From: Felis catus
Lineage: Eukaryota
Assembly (NCBI RefSeq): GCF_018350175.1
Contig: NC_058368.1
Span: 32,676,001-32,740,000 of the forward strand
Length of the DNA: 64,000 nt
Direction of reading: 5' to 3'
This document shows, in pieces, positions 12,866-25,424 of the stretch. The translations under genes and the position numbers were made by a program. How positions within the stretch are numbered: position 1 is the first letter of the stretch; every line of letters begins with the position of its first letter. The notes beneath the pieces were generated by a model that saw only the letters and a program-made list of their open reading frames with translations, searched no databases and was not told where the DNA came from.

Positions 12866-13307
12866 GTCCAGTGGTAATACTTTAAATGCATTTAAGTTGG
12901 AGAATCTCCGAGAGTTTTGCTACTTTTCCTTTCATAATTACATTTGATATCTCTACTTTTCTCAAAATTGCAAAACTTTGTAAAATTTTTGATATATTTC
13001 AGTAAAATGGGTACATCTGTCACTAAAGGATGCTAGAGAGACAGAATGAGATTTCTTGGATTGGTCAAAGTACAGTCATTGTTACTTATGAAAAATTAAA
13101 TGAATGAAATTTATTTTTATAAAATTAAATCATACATATATATATATATATTTTCAAGTAATTATCACACTCTTAGGCAACAAGAAGGTTCAATCAATTC
13201 TGAGAGTAAGAAAACAATTGTAGACACATATACAATAGCCATTCAGGTGATAGTTATGTGGAAAAGAACTAATCAGGGGGTTGCTGAGGTTTGGGCTTTT
13301 GAACCTT

Positions 13308-13547
13308 TAAAAAATTTTTTTTAATGTTTTTATTTTATTTCTGAGAGAGTGAAAGAAACATAGAGAGACAGAATGTGAACAGGGGAAGACAGACAGACAG
13401 ACAGACAGACAGACACACACACACACACACACAAAATCTGAAGCAGGCTCAGGGTCTGGGCTGTCAGCACAGACCCTGAAGCAAGGCTTGAACTCATAAA
13501 CTGTGAGATAAAGACCTGAGCCTAAGTCAGACACTTAACCGACTGAG
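13308..13547 (-). mobile_element. CAN-SINE, 5'-truncated, with (GACA)n(CA)n
   Basis: TSD gggct(t/c)ttgaacctt on both flanks. Confidence 0.92.
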
Positions 13548-14771
13548 GGCTCTTGAACCTTGTACTCACCTTTAGAGTTTTACCAAAATTATGCTGGTGA
13601 CTGATGAGACAAACACTATAGACACCCTCAGAAATTTTAGTGATGTTCCCCCCAGTGTTGATTGAATACAGTAGTCTTGTGGTAGGCAATTTCATGTGTA
13701 GTTGCATGCTTTCATTTGTGGTACCCCAGTGCTCCTGAGCAGCCATCTTTGAAGATTATTCTCATGTAGCCTGCATTCATATTTTTCCCAGTACCTTTGT
13801 TTCTGACTCTGGTGCAATGACTCTGGTACAATAGCCTTTTGAAGCTTTTAAAGGATTTTTCTCCTTGGGTATGTAACCAGGATGTTAGTGAATGCAGTCT
13901 GTCTAGCAAAATGAACATCATGGGCATTTTCTCTAGTTTTTAGGTTATTCCCTTAATTCTACCTTTTAGTGAATCATGAGGGCGCACAAAAGTTCTTTAA
14001 TGGATTGGCTACTCGTAGATATGGTCAAAAACCCTCTCTTCTTTTTAAAGCATTCCAAAATTATGGTCAATTCCCAAAAACTTATTGTATACATTACATT
14101 AATTCTCCTATCTCCAGCTAACTGACAAGCTGTGGTGAGAACATTGATTTCTACTTTCTGCGTAGACTTTGCCTCAGACAGGAAGTCATATTCTTGGGGT
14201 AAAGTCAAATCTATTGGGGACACAGGGTGTTTTTCTGTTTTGGTCTCAAGATATAACCAAGTCTTAATATAATCAACCAAATTAAGTCTGTATATTATAA
14301 AGGGTTTTCCAATAAATCTCCCTGAAATATAGCTCATGAATAAGAGGTTAGACAATTATGATTTTCCCTTCTCTATGTAATGAAATAAAAGTGGCAGGAT
14401 TAAAAACATTACAGTGATGAATAGAAAATAATAGAATTTCATAGAAGTAAGCCTGTTTGCTAAGAAATGTGTATTTTTATTGAGCAACCATTATAAAACA
14501 CGAGGGATCATCAAGTGTAAAGGAGATGCTAAAATAAAATTGGAGGAAGCGTTTGCTTAATTATCTGTCATGACTATTACCTGTAGACAAAGTGGATAGG
14601 CTTTGGCAGGGAGTCAAGAAGGAGTCTATAGTTACCTACTTGTCTGTGGTCATTCTCAAAACATTAATCAAGAATGCTGAGGGCTTGTCCATAACTCTGA
14701 CATAATGAATAAGTAGAAAGGTTCATGGTAATTAAGTAAGCCTACATCAGATGTTGAAGAGCTAATTTCAT

Positions 14772-14776
14772 ACACA

Positions 14777-14816
<40 letters not shown>
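14772..14816. repeat. (CA)n microsatellite
   Basis: Seen directly. Confidence 0.95.
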
Positions 14817-14818
<2 letters not shown>

Positions 14819-14934
14819 TATGTCACTTCTTAGGTTTTCAGGGAAGAGTCTCCCTTGCCATAAATTTGGTTAAGTCATATAGTGTTTTGGTGATTTCAGA
14901 AAAGTTAAGGCCTATTACCTGTAGAAGTCAATAA

Positions 14935-15002
14935 GTCTATCTTGAAAGTGTCTGATCCTGGAAACTAAGCAGGGTTGGACCTGGTTAGTACTTTGATGGG
15001 AG
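14935..15002 (+). pseudogene. RNA5S: 3'-truncated (tailless) 5S rRNA retropseudogene
   Basis: gtctgatcctggaaactaagcagggttggacctggttagtactttgatgggag matches 5S GTCTGATCTCGGAAGCTAAGCAGGGTCGGGCCTGGTTAGTACTTGGATGGGAG; starts gtcta; TSD agtcaataa at 14926-14934 and 15004-15012. Confidence 0.9.
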
Positions 15003-16247
15003 GAGTCAATAAAATCCAGGAATTCCTTTATCTTTTTCTTTTTTTAATTGATCTGGGATAGTTTGAATGGTTGTAGTGACTCAGGAATAAGAGATCTATC
15101 TCCTTGGAATAAATCATACTCTTGGGGGGTAAACTTTATTTAAGAAAACATTTAAATACTCTTTGGAAATCTTTTGCCCTTTCTAAACTGTAATAGTAAG
15201 TAGATATATACAATCAATCTTAGAATTTTCCTTATCTTTAAAACACACAAAAATAGTCATACACATATTGAATAAGAGTAGAATCACAAGGAAATGTAAT
15301 GTTTCCTTAAGGTCTTAGTTGAGGACTTGTGAAAAGCAGTAAAGTTCCTTACTAAATCCTTGGGATATTACAGTCCAGGTATTTTTTGCTTTTTGCTTTT
15401 TTTTTTTTTCCAGGAGAAGGCAATTATTGCCTATATTGATCTAATTCTAGAGGGACACTAAAGAAAGCAGCACACAGATCAACAACTGCAAAATATGCAG
15501 AATCAGGAGGTACTGAAGGTAAAACAAATCTCAACTCTATAATACAGTGAAAAACTAAGACTATTATATTTATTTATAGCTCTCAGTTCCTAACTAAACA
15601 GAGATCCTTGCTTACTGGTTTTGATAGGGAGGATAGGAGTACTCTAAGATCTAGTAAAGGTAGGTTGAGTTCTCCATTATTTGGATTTTGACTGTTGGTT
15701 TTAGTCTCCTTTTACCTTCTGGTTTGAGAGCTAATTTTGTTAGGTTGGCCAGAGGTTTACATGGGTCAATAGGAACATAAATGGATTCAGCACCCAAAAT
15801 CCAACCCCCAAAAAAGTAAACTTTTTTCCCCCTCTCAAGTGGTCAGCACCTCCTTGAAGTCCTCAGTTTGGACTTAGTTTAGGCACAAGGGTATTGGCAA
15901 GTCAGTGACCAAAATAGCTATTATCTCATTATGAAAAGGGATAGCCTCAGGAATTTCAAGATCACAAGGAGAGCATTTACACTGGTAATTCCACCTGCCA
16001 GGTAAAAGTCTCATAATTAGGTTGGTGGGTGTAGGGCCAAAAGGAAAGAAGAACGTTTCTTGTTTATAACGATGAGATAACAGGTTGGGACTAGAACACA
16101 GGGAATGTCTGAGGATTATGTTTATCAGAGATACCCACAATCTAAGAGCTTACTGAGTCTGAGAGAGAGAGAGATTATGTAACACTGTTTGGGTTTAAGG
16201 TGATAATGTAGTGCCTCTATCAGTGAAACTTTTTCAAAACTGCCTTT

Positions 16248-19200
16248 AAAAAAAAAAAACAAAGGAATTTTTGTTTTTACTTTTATTTTATAGCCTTGTT
16301 GAGATACGTTTCACATACCATTAAATTCACATATTTAGGGTAAACAGTTCAGTGGTTTTTGTGAATTCACAGGAAAAAAAATACATATCACCAAAATCTA
16401 ATTCTAGAACAGTTTTTCAACACCCCCCACCAAAAAACAAAAAACAAAATAAAAAACAAAAAACCTTGTACATATTAGATGCCATTCCAAATTCCCACCT
16501 CTTTCCTACCCAGCACCAGGAACTAGGATCTATTTTTAGTTTCAATGGATTTTCCTATTCTAGATGTTTTATATAAATGAAATGATGTAATATGTGGCCT
16601 TTAAACTGTCTTCTTTGACTTAACATAATACTTGAAGCTTTATCCATGTTGTGGTGTGGTGTATATAAACCCTTTTTTTCATTTCCAGCCGATATTCCGT
16701 TGTATCAATATACTACATTTAAAAAAATCCATTCATCAGTTGTTGAGCACTTAGGTTGTTTCCACTTTTTTTAGCTGTTATGAATAATGCTGTGTGCTTT
16801 TGCACGTACAAAAAAACTTGTACATGTGCAGGTTTTTACCTGGATATGTTTTTGTTTCTTTTGGATATAAATCTAAGAGTAGAATTGCTGGGTCATTTGT
16901 AACTGTATTCAAGATGTTGGGGAACTGAAAAACTGTTTTCTGACACACTGACAAAGTGTCTGTACCAATTTTGCATTCACACTAGGAACTTACATGATGG
17001 TTCCAAATTCTCCACATTCTTACCAACATTTGTTCTTTACTGTCATCTTTTTTAGCCACCTAGTGGGTGTAAAGTGACATCTCATTGTGGTTTTGATTTG
17101 CATTTCTCTGATAATTATGTTGAGCAACTGTTCATGTGTTTATTGGCCATTTGTATATTTTTCTTTGGGGAAATGTCTTCAAATCACTTGCTCATATTTT
17201 AATTGGATTTTTTATCTATTGTTAAGTTGTAAGAGTCCTTTATATATTCTGTAGAAAAATATCTTGTTAAGTATATGATTTGCAAATATATTCTAATACG
17301 TGAGTTGTCTTTTTACTTTCTTGATAATGTCTTTTAAAACACTTTTTTTTTAATTTTGATGAAGTCCAGTCTGTGTATTATTTCTTTGCTTGTGTTTTGG
17401 TGTCATACCTAAGAAATTACTGCCTAAGTTTGTAAAGTTCACAAAGTGTTACTTCTGTGTTTTATTTTAGAAGTTTTATTCTTTTAGCTATTACATTAAA
17501 GTAAATGATCCATTTTGAGGTATCTTTGTGTGTCATGTGAGAACAGGGTCTAAATTCAGTGTTTTGCCTATGGATATGTATTTGATTCAACCTAATTTCT
17601 TGAAAAGACAATTATTTCCTTATTAAATTATCTTGGCACCCTTGTTGAAAATCAGCTGACTGTATATCTAGGGTTTACTGCTGGATTCTCAATTGTAATT
17701 TGTTGATCTATAGGTCTACGTGTAAGAATGCATTGTCTTAGTTACTGAAACTTTTTAGTTTATTTTGAAACCAAGAAGGATGAATCATCTAAATTTGTTC
17801 TTTTTAAGAGTGTTTTGACTATTCTAGGTGCTTTGCATTTCCATATGAATTTTAGGTATAGCTTGCCATTTTGCTAAAAATAAAAAAAAATAGCTGGGAT
17901 TTAATAGGAATAGTGTTGAATCTGTACATCAATTTGGGTAGTATTATCCTCTTAACAGTGTTCATTCATTCAGTTCATGGACATGAACTCTTTCATTTAT
18001 TTAGATCTTTTTAAGTTTCTTTCAATGATTTATAGTTTTCAGTGTACCAATCTTACATATTTTTGTTAAATTTATTCTTCATATTTTAATCTTGTAGATG
18101 TTATTATAAGTAAAATTGCTTTCTTAGTTTGACTTTTGGATTTTTTTTATTGTTAGTAGATAGAAATGCAGTAAAGTTTGTATTAATCTTGTATCCTGTC
18201 ACATTGCTAAATTTGTTTATTAGTTCTAATAATTATGGTATGATCATTATGGTGTTCAGTATATAAGATCATGTCATCTGTGAATAGGGATAATTTACTT
18301 CTTCCTTTCCAATATGGATGCTTTCTAATTCTGTTTTTGCCTAATTTCCCTACCTGAAACTTCCATGTTATTGTTGAATATAGGTGGCAAGATAGGATAC
18401 ATCCTTGTTTGGTTCCTGATTTTAGGTGTAAATCATTTAATCTTTCACCATTAAGCTTGAGGCTAGTTATAGGTTATTTGTAGATGTTTTGTCAGGTTGA
18501 GATGGTTCCCTTTTATTCCCAGTCTGTTTTTTTTGTTGTTGTTGTTGTTAATCATTAAAAGGTGTTGGATTTTTGTGAAATGATTTTGCTGTGTCTGTTG
18601 AGATGATTATGTCTTTTTTAAATCCTTTATCCTATAAATATGGTATATTACACTGATTTTTGGATGGTAAATGACTCTCTCCTGTCTAGGAGAAATACCA
18701 CTTGGTCATGGTGTATATCCCATTTTAATTGTTGTTGGGTTAAGTTTGTAATTTGTTGATGATTTTATGTCTATGTTCTTAAGGGATGTTGCCCTACTGT
18801 CCTTAAGGGATGTGGTTTTCTTGTGATGGATTTTCTACTCTTGGTATCACCATAGTAATGACTTCATATAATGAGCTGGGAAGTGTTCACTCCTCTTCTA
18901 TATTTTGAAAGAAATTGTGATATTAATTCTCTAAATGAGAATTAATCAATTTCATTGATTTTACCATTGAAGCCATCTGGTGCTTGATTTTGTTGAATTT
19001 TTTTAAAATTATTAGTTCAATATTTTTACTTTGTATAAATCTGTTTAGATTATCTATGTTTTCTGGGTTCAGTTTTGGTAGTTTGTGACTATCTAGCAAT
19101 TTGGCCACTGCACCCAAGTTATCTAATCTGTTAACACACAATTGTTCATAGTGTTATTTTATAATCCTGTTTTAAAATTTCTCTAAGAACAGTAATAATG

Positions 19201-20335
19201 TTCCCTCTTCCATTCTCAATTTTAGTAATTTGAGTCTTTTCTCTTTTTTCATGGCCCATTGAATTACATGTTTTCATTTCAGTTTTCAACCTTTTTACTT
19301 TTTTAAATGTTTGTTTATTTTGAGAGACAGAGAGTGCCTATGCACTTGTGCGAGGTGGGGAGGGGCAGAGAGAGAAAGAGAGGGAGAGAGAGAGAGAATC
19401 CCAAGCATGCTCCATGCTGTCAGTGCAGAGTCCCGCTTGGGCTCAATCTCACAAACCGTGAGATCATTACCTGAGCCAAAATCAAAAGTCAGATGCTTAA
19501 CTGACTAAGCCAATCAGGTGCCCCAGTTTTGACCTTTTCAAATATATGATTTTTATTTCATTGATTCTTCTTACTGCTTTCTATTTTAATAATTTAAATT
19601 TTAATCTTTATTTTTATGCTTTAGATTTAACTTTTTGTTCATTTTCTAATTTTTGTGGTAGAAGGTTGATTAATGACTTTATATCTTTCTTCTTTCAGTA
19701 TAGATATTTACAATTATAAATTCCTCTGTAAGCACTGCTTTTGCTGCATCCCATAAAATTTGGTATGTTGTAGTTTTATTTTCTTTCAAGTCAAAGTACT
19801 TTTTCAATTTCTCTTGTTATTTCTTCTTTTACCATTAGTTACTTAGGAGAATGTTTTTCATTCCATGTATTTGGGAATTCTCAAAGTTACTCCTGTTGAT
19901 GTTTTACTTAATTTTATTGTGATCAGAACACATAATAAATATGTTAATGTTTCAATTTTCCGAGGCTCCTTTTATGGTAGAGATTTTCCTATGGGCTATA
20001 AGTTAAGATAAATTTATTGACTGTATTCAGATTATAATGCTTTTAACAGACCATCAGAAAAGGTGTGCTCTCTCTGTTGTTTGCAGTGCTACTGGTCTTT
20101 GGTATCACATCAATGAGCTGAGGAGGTGGGAGATAAGGAAATAGTTCCAAGTTAAACATCTCCAAACCTACTGTTTTGGTTTAGTGATTTTTATTGGATA
20201 GATGATTTTCAACTCATTCTGTGGCTTTGATTAATGGCCAGAGTTCTGATATGGTTGATTTTAGTTGTCTTCCCCATATATTTGTTCTTATAACAAGTTC
20301 ACTAAGGTACTACCTAATCTGTTCTGAAAGTCATT
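16248..20335 (-). mobile_element. Old LINE-1 (L1MB/L1M-like) inserted between ERV gag and pro
   Basis: L1 3'UTR from ~16280; ORF2 remnant LDSHKLPKLNPENIDNLNR (ORF 18923-19141); possible 5'-end sequence at ~20050-20335. Confidence 0.9.
19290..19524 (-). mobile_element. CAN-SINE nested in L1
   Basis: SINE body flanked by agtttt(c)(a/g)accttt. Confidence 0.92.
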
Positions 20336-20399
20336 TTCTTAAGGTTGTCTTTGAATATTTTGAGAAAATTCTCTTTTTGAGGTTAAGAGAACAATAGGA

Positions 20400-21800
20400 A
20401 ATTGGTGCTTAATTTTTTAGTAACAACTTCACTAATCACTAACTTATTTTATTTTCTTGGCTAACACAGGAAACTTTAAAAAAAAATTTTTTTCTCCTGT
20501 ATACAGTATCTAGAGACCCTGTTTAAATAAACAAGGGTAGAAATTTTTATTTTGATTTTTGTTTGTTTTAATTTTTTTTAATGTTTATTAATTTTTGAGA
20601 GAGAGAGAGAGCACCACTGGGGGAGGTGCAGAGAGGGGGCGGGGACAAGATCCAAAGCAGGCTCTGTGCCAGCAGCAGAAAGGCTGGTGTTGTTCTCGAA
20701 CTCACGAACAGTGAGATCATGACCTGAGCCAAAGTTAGGTGCTCAACCAACTGAGCCATCCAGGTGTCCGTTGTTTGTTTTATTCTTATCTGTAATACCA
20801 TCAATTTATCAGAGTTATAGTCTGCTTTGGTTCTAAGATTCTGAAAAGTTTCAGCAAAGTATTGGAGGTTTGCCTGTGGGGTAATTTCTGATTCTAGTTT
20901 TTATTGCATATTAAGTTTCCCACTTTTGACATAATATTAATAAAACTTGAGGAAAGAGCTAAGATTACATATATTTTAGGTTTTACTTTTGAATGTTGTC
21001 TATTTAAAAGTGTTAAAGAACTATTGCTAAAGTCCCAATGATTCAACCTTTGATTGCTTAGAGGACTAAATCGTGACAAAGCTATTTCACAGGAAAGATT
21101 TTGAAGACAGACTTCAAAATATCTTGTCCAACATCTACAGTTTTATCCAAACACTTCTTAATTCCTATTCAGTTTAGAGTCTTGTTAAGTCACCCTTGGA
21201 ATCTCCCCATTCTTCATTTTCCATACAAGGTTTTGCAACTGAGATTTCCACTAACACAAATTAGTTGGTATATGTCTAGAAGCCCTGGATTATATATTCT
21301 TTTAATCAATATATGTTCTTCTGCAGATTTCTTTCTATCTTTTCAAAGTCTTTGATGATGGCTGTCAATTAAGTAAAACACCGAGTCTTACATGGTCCTT
21401 CTTTGTTTTGAGAGTTATTTTACTTTAAGAAGTAGTTGAGATTTTGGGCTTTGGCAGGCCTAGGGGAAAAGAGAGGGGTGCAGTTAGAATTAGGTGCAGA
21501 AGGAAATGAAGAAGCAAAGAGTGAGGGAAGTTATTAGTTAGATAAAGCATTTAGATTCTAGTTATGATGTAGAGGATCTAAAAGAAAGATAGTTTTAAGT
21601 TTTTTATTGTATATATATATATATGTTTCAGAATTTTTCTCAGCTTGGCCAAGGAATAGATTTAGGAAGCAATTTTTGGATCGAATTTTTTGGAGAATGA
21701 GTTTTATGCAAATAAAAATAGACAATATTTTTGGTATGATGTCCCCCCCATCTTTTCATTTTGAACTCAAATATTCAAAGACTTACAGCTAAAACAAACA
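20400..21800 (-). pseudogene. gag: ERV gag remnant
   Basis: LTAIIKDF...SAEEHILIKRIYNPGLLDIYQL (~21260-21370), IFPVK...SSKQSKVES (~21040-21100), Pro/Ser-rich segment ~21450-21530. Confidence 0.65.
20568..20769 (-). mobile_element. CAN-SINE inside gag remnant
   Basis: SINE body flanked by ttgtttgtttt. Confidence 0.92.
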
Positions 21801-22046
21801 AACAAACAGAACAGTCTTTGATGTTGTTTACCAAAATTTGAGTGGTTTCATAAACATTTAAATGTTTTCTTTTTCCCAAATCGAAAAATACAGTTATTTA
21901 CAATTTGAATATTCTATTAAAGTGTTTTCAGGAATAATAAATTCATGTTGATAAATACAAATAAATAGTAAAGTTGTGTTAAAGTACACAGAGAGTTAAC
22001 TGTGTGAGTGTAAATCATTTCAGGTTTTGGTAGAAATGTCCAGTAG

Positions 22047-22118
22047 ACAGTTAAACATATAAGTAGATGCAATTTCTTGCCAACAGTTAAACATATAACT
22101 AGATGCAATTTCTTACCA
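22047..22118. repeat. 36-bp tandem duplication
   Basis: acagttaaacatataa(g/c)tagatgcaatttctt(g/a)cca twice, 2 mismatches. Confidence 0.95.
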
Positions 22119-23236
22119 ATTATTTTTTTTCATAAAAATTAAACAGAAGAGATGACTAGATATTTTATGAAAAATATTGTAGATAGCTTTGTTTTGTTCT
22201 GTAACTATTATCAGATGTATACTATATTTATATAATTTTCAGATGCATACTATATATAATTTTCAATTAATAAATATGAGATATAAATGTTTATTATGAT
22301 AAATGCTACTGTACTCATTCTGACCGTGCATGAGCCACTTATAAAATATATTGTTAACTTTCAGTGTTATTTTGCAAGGCAGTTGATTAAGCATAAAGTT
22401 AAGTGTGGTGTGAACAGGGTAATGGAGAGATAAAAGGTAAGGTCCTGTTGTATGATGGCATTGTAAACATGAGCTCTTTTGAAGATTGCCACTTTTTGTT
22501 GCTGACTGAACCTAATCACATGGCTGATTGCATGAATTTCTAAAAGCTAGAGGCTACACATGTCTGCATGAACTGTAGGAAACCATGCTCTATATATTTA
22601 GTTATCAAATGAAATACATTGATATTATAAAGGACTAAACATATTTTATACTTTCCAACACCATTCTAAGTGTCCATGTCTGTAAAACGTAGATAAATAA
22701 TGTCCACATAAGAGGATCTTCGTATTTAAGTCACTTAGGGTAATATCCACCATTGTTAGTTTCTTAGCTTATACCTTTATCATTGTCCAAATGAAAGTGA
22801 TTCTAAATTGACCCCAGCTTACATGACTATTAAATTCTTGGTTCTCATGGAACTTCTTAAGATGGCGAGTCAATTTCTCATGTCTTCACACGTTCATTGA
22901 CTATACTTTACTCTTAGTTAATCTTGGATATTAATGTATAGTTGACATTCATTCATCTAATTTGAGACTCTAAGAATATTTGATATAAACCTAAAGAAAG
23001 ACCAAATTCAGTGATTTCCTTTAACAGTTATTGTTGGTCTCCAATCTCTGCCTGTGGGAAACTGTGCTGTGTCATGTAGTGTCCTTGTTCCATAGTCTTT
23101 TTTTTTAATGGACCCTGGAAACAAAGTTGGGCTAGTTTAATTCTCTAGCATCAATTTGTATATGTTCTTCACTCAATCTCTCTCTCTCTGTCTGTCGTTA
23201 TTAGTAGTAGTTGTAGTGTTACCATCATCAGCAACA

Positions 23237-23545
23237 TTTATTTTATTTTTTTAATATGAAATTTATTGTCAAATGTGTTTGCATACAACACCCAGTGCTC
23301 ATCCCAACAGGTGCCCTCCTCAATGCCCATCACTCACTTTCCCCTCCCTCCAACCCCCCCACCCATCAAACCTCAGTTTATTCTCCGTTTTTAAGAGTCT
23401 CTTATGGTTTGGCTCCCTCCCTCTCTAACTTTTTTTCTGCCTTCCCCTCCCCCATGGTCTTCTGTTAAGTTTCTCAGGATCCACATAAGAGTTAAACATA
23501 TGGTATCTATATTTCTCTGTAGGACTTATTTCACTTAGCATAATA
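23237..23545 (-). mobile_element. Feline L1 3'UTR fragment
   Basis: Reverse complement of the L1 3' end seen at 31360-31690 and 37598-37749. Confidence 0.92.
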
Positions 23546-23609
23546 TTTTTAAAACAGCTAGATTTATTTTTTTCATGTAGAAACACTTTATTTATTTGGT
23601 GTAAGTATA

Positions 23610-24237
23610 ACTTTATTTTTATTTCTTTGTAGTGTTATATTAATGTCAGATATATAATATAGTAATTAAACAATGTCTTCAATTATGCATATGAGTGAAA
23701 TAATATGGTATTTGTCTTTCTCTGACTGACTTATTTCACTTAGCATTATACCTCCTAGCTCCATCCACATCATTGCAAATGGCAAGATTTCATTATTTTT
23801 AATGGCTGAATAATATTCCATTGTATATATAAATGTCTTCCAAAGAAGACATCCAGATAGCCAACAGACACATGAAAAGATGTTCATGACTTACCGTCAG
23901 GGAAATGAAAATCAAAACTACAGTGAAAAATCACCTTACACCTATAGAATGGCTAAAATCAACAACACGAGAAACAGCAGGTGTTGGCAAGGAACTGTAG
24001 AAAGGGGAAACCTCTTGCACTCTTGGTGGAAATCTAAACTGGTACAGCCACTCTGAAAAACGGTATGGAAATTCCTCAAGAAATTAAAAACAGAACTACC
24101 TTACAAACAAGCAATCACAGTACTGGGTAGAATACAAAAACATTAATTCAAAGGGATACATGCATCCCTGTGTTTATAGCAAGATATGGAAACAGCCCAA
24201 GTGTCCACTGGTTGATGAATGGATAAGAAGGATGTGC
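23610..24237 (-). mobile_element. L1 with 5' inversion (minus 23610-23830, inverted plus piece 23831-24237)
   Basis: Strand switch at ~23831; the plus piece ends gatgaatggataagaaggatgtg, which directly precedes the minus piece in L1 order. Confidence 0.8.
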
Positions 24238-24439
24238 TATAAAACTTCTAGATTTAATGGCAACCTCCTCTGAAAATTTTACTTGTCCTTGCTTCAGGAA
24301 CTGCTAGGTGCAAGTCTGACCTTCCTATCTAGAAACTTAGATATCTACTTACCAGTGTATTTTGAAAAACACTAAATAGCATCCTTTACCAAAAATATCT
24401 CAACTATTTTTCTTCAGCATCTAAAATTTTATTTACCAG

Positions 24440-24610
24440 AAGTAGTGTGTGGTATAATGGAATGATCTGTGGACCTAATGCTAGAAAACCTTAGGTTATA
24501 TTCATTTCCACATCAAACACTGTATCTGGGGCTAGTGGAAAGTCATCTGAGACATTTCCTTGCCTCAAAATTGGGACAATCTTGATAGTTTGATGTGTTG
24601 AGGTATAGAC
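24440..24610 (+). mobile_element. MIR remnant
   Basis: agtagtgtgtggtataatggaa 5' end and degenerate core. Confidence 0.55.
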
Positions 24611-24729
24611 TGAGGAACAGACCTTTCCAGAAAGTGGGGCACCTAGAAAGATGGTTTTCCAAGGGAGAATAAAGTGTGTATCAAGAAGAACTGAGAACAT
24701 GCATATAATTCTCCACAAACACACTATTA

Positions 24730-24905
24730 GCTTTGGGGTAAGACTGTTCTTTGCAATTTTAACTGCCCCATATTGCAGATTATTTACCTTTATCAGCTCC
24801 TACTCCACTAAATGCCAGTAGTGACCCCCTTTCCATTTATACTGACAAACTAAAATACCTAGACCTGTCTCTTTGAGGAACATACTTCGCATGGTTAGAA
24901 CCTCA
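24730..24905 (-). mobile_element. MER20-like hAT DNA transposon remnant
   Basis: ctactccactaaatgccagtagtgaccc resembles the MER20 reverse strand. Confidence 0.6.
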
Positions 24906-24923
24906 GTTAGACTAGTTGGAAGA

Positions 24924-25055
24924 GGGGCACCTGGGTAGCTCAGTCAGTTAAGCATCTGACTCTTGATTTTGGCTCAGGTCATAATCTCATGGTTTGTGAG
25001 ATTGAGCCTTGTGTTGGGCTTGGGCTCTGTGCTAACAGCACGGAGCCAGCTTGAG

Positions 25056-25093
<38 letters not shown>

Positions 25094-25180
25094 ACCCCAC
25101 CTCCCACTCTGTCTTTGACTCTTCCCTGCTCATGGCTCTCTCTTTCTCTTTCTCTCAAAATAAATAATTTTTTTTAAAAA
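24924..25180 (+). mobile_element. CAN-SINE with (CT)n expansion
   Basis: SINE head, (CT)n tract, AATAAA tail. Confidence 0.93.
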
Positions 25181-25212
25181 GAGTAATTGAAAGATATATA
25201 CCAAGAATAATA

Positions 25213-25424
25213 GGGGCGCCTGGGTGGCGCAGTCGGTTAAGCGTCCGACTTCAGCCAGGTCACGATCTCATGGTCCGTGAGTTCGAGCCTCGCGTCAGGC
25301 TCTGGGCTGATGGCTCAGAGCCTGGAGCCTGTTTCCGATTCTGTGTCTCCCTCTCTCTCTGCCCCTCCCCCGTTCATGCTCTGTCTCTCTCTGTCCCAAA
25401 AATAAATAAACGTTGAAAAAAAAA
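25213..25424 (+). mobile_element. Young feline CAN-SINE (SINEC_Fc-like)
   Basis: CpG-rich ggggcgcctgggtggcgcagtcggttaagcgtccgacttcagccaggtcacg, pure A tail; TSD aagaataata at 25203-25212 and 25425-25434. Confidence 0.97.

Larger units (their letters stand above)
11750..16240 (-). pseudogene. pol: ERV pro-pol remnant (protease, RT, RNase H, integrase) with many stops and frameshifts
   Basis: RT VPPDSAYFAVVDLCAAFFSVP (~15445-15512) and STLIQYVYD (~15256-15282); RNase H TACQLAG...KRGFLT (ORF 13966-14355); integrase zinc-finger-like CLISHQHN (~13590), YVSTIVFLLSELIEP (~13200), LMTMRSAP (~12130). Confidence 0.85.
9900..21800 (-). mobile_element. Decayed class I (ERV1) endogenous retrovirus internal region, gag-pro-pol-env, interrupted by later insertions
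   Basis: Degenerate motifs in proviral order on the minus strand: Gag YNPGLLDIYQL, protease DRGTTLS and PTNLIMR, RT VVDLCAAFFSVP, TWTVISQGF and LIQYVYD, RNase H, integrase SDRCTHFT, Env CRIC and GTECCAYIP; LTRs not identified. Confidence 0.85.

Noticed and set aside
13966..14355. 129-aa minus-strand ORF as a co-opted gene
   Set aside because: Decayed ERV RNase H with altered catalytic motifs and a non-ATG start; no sign of preservation
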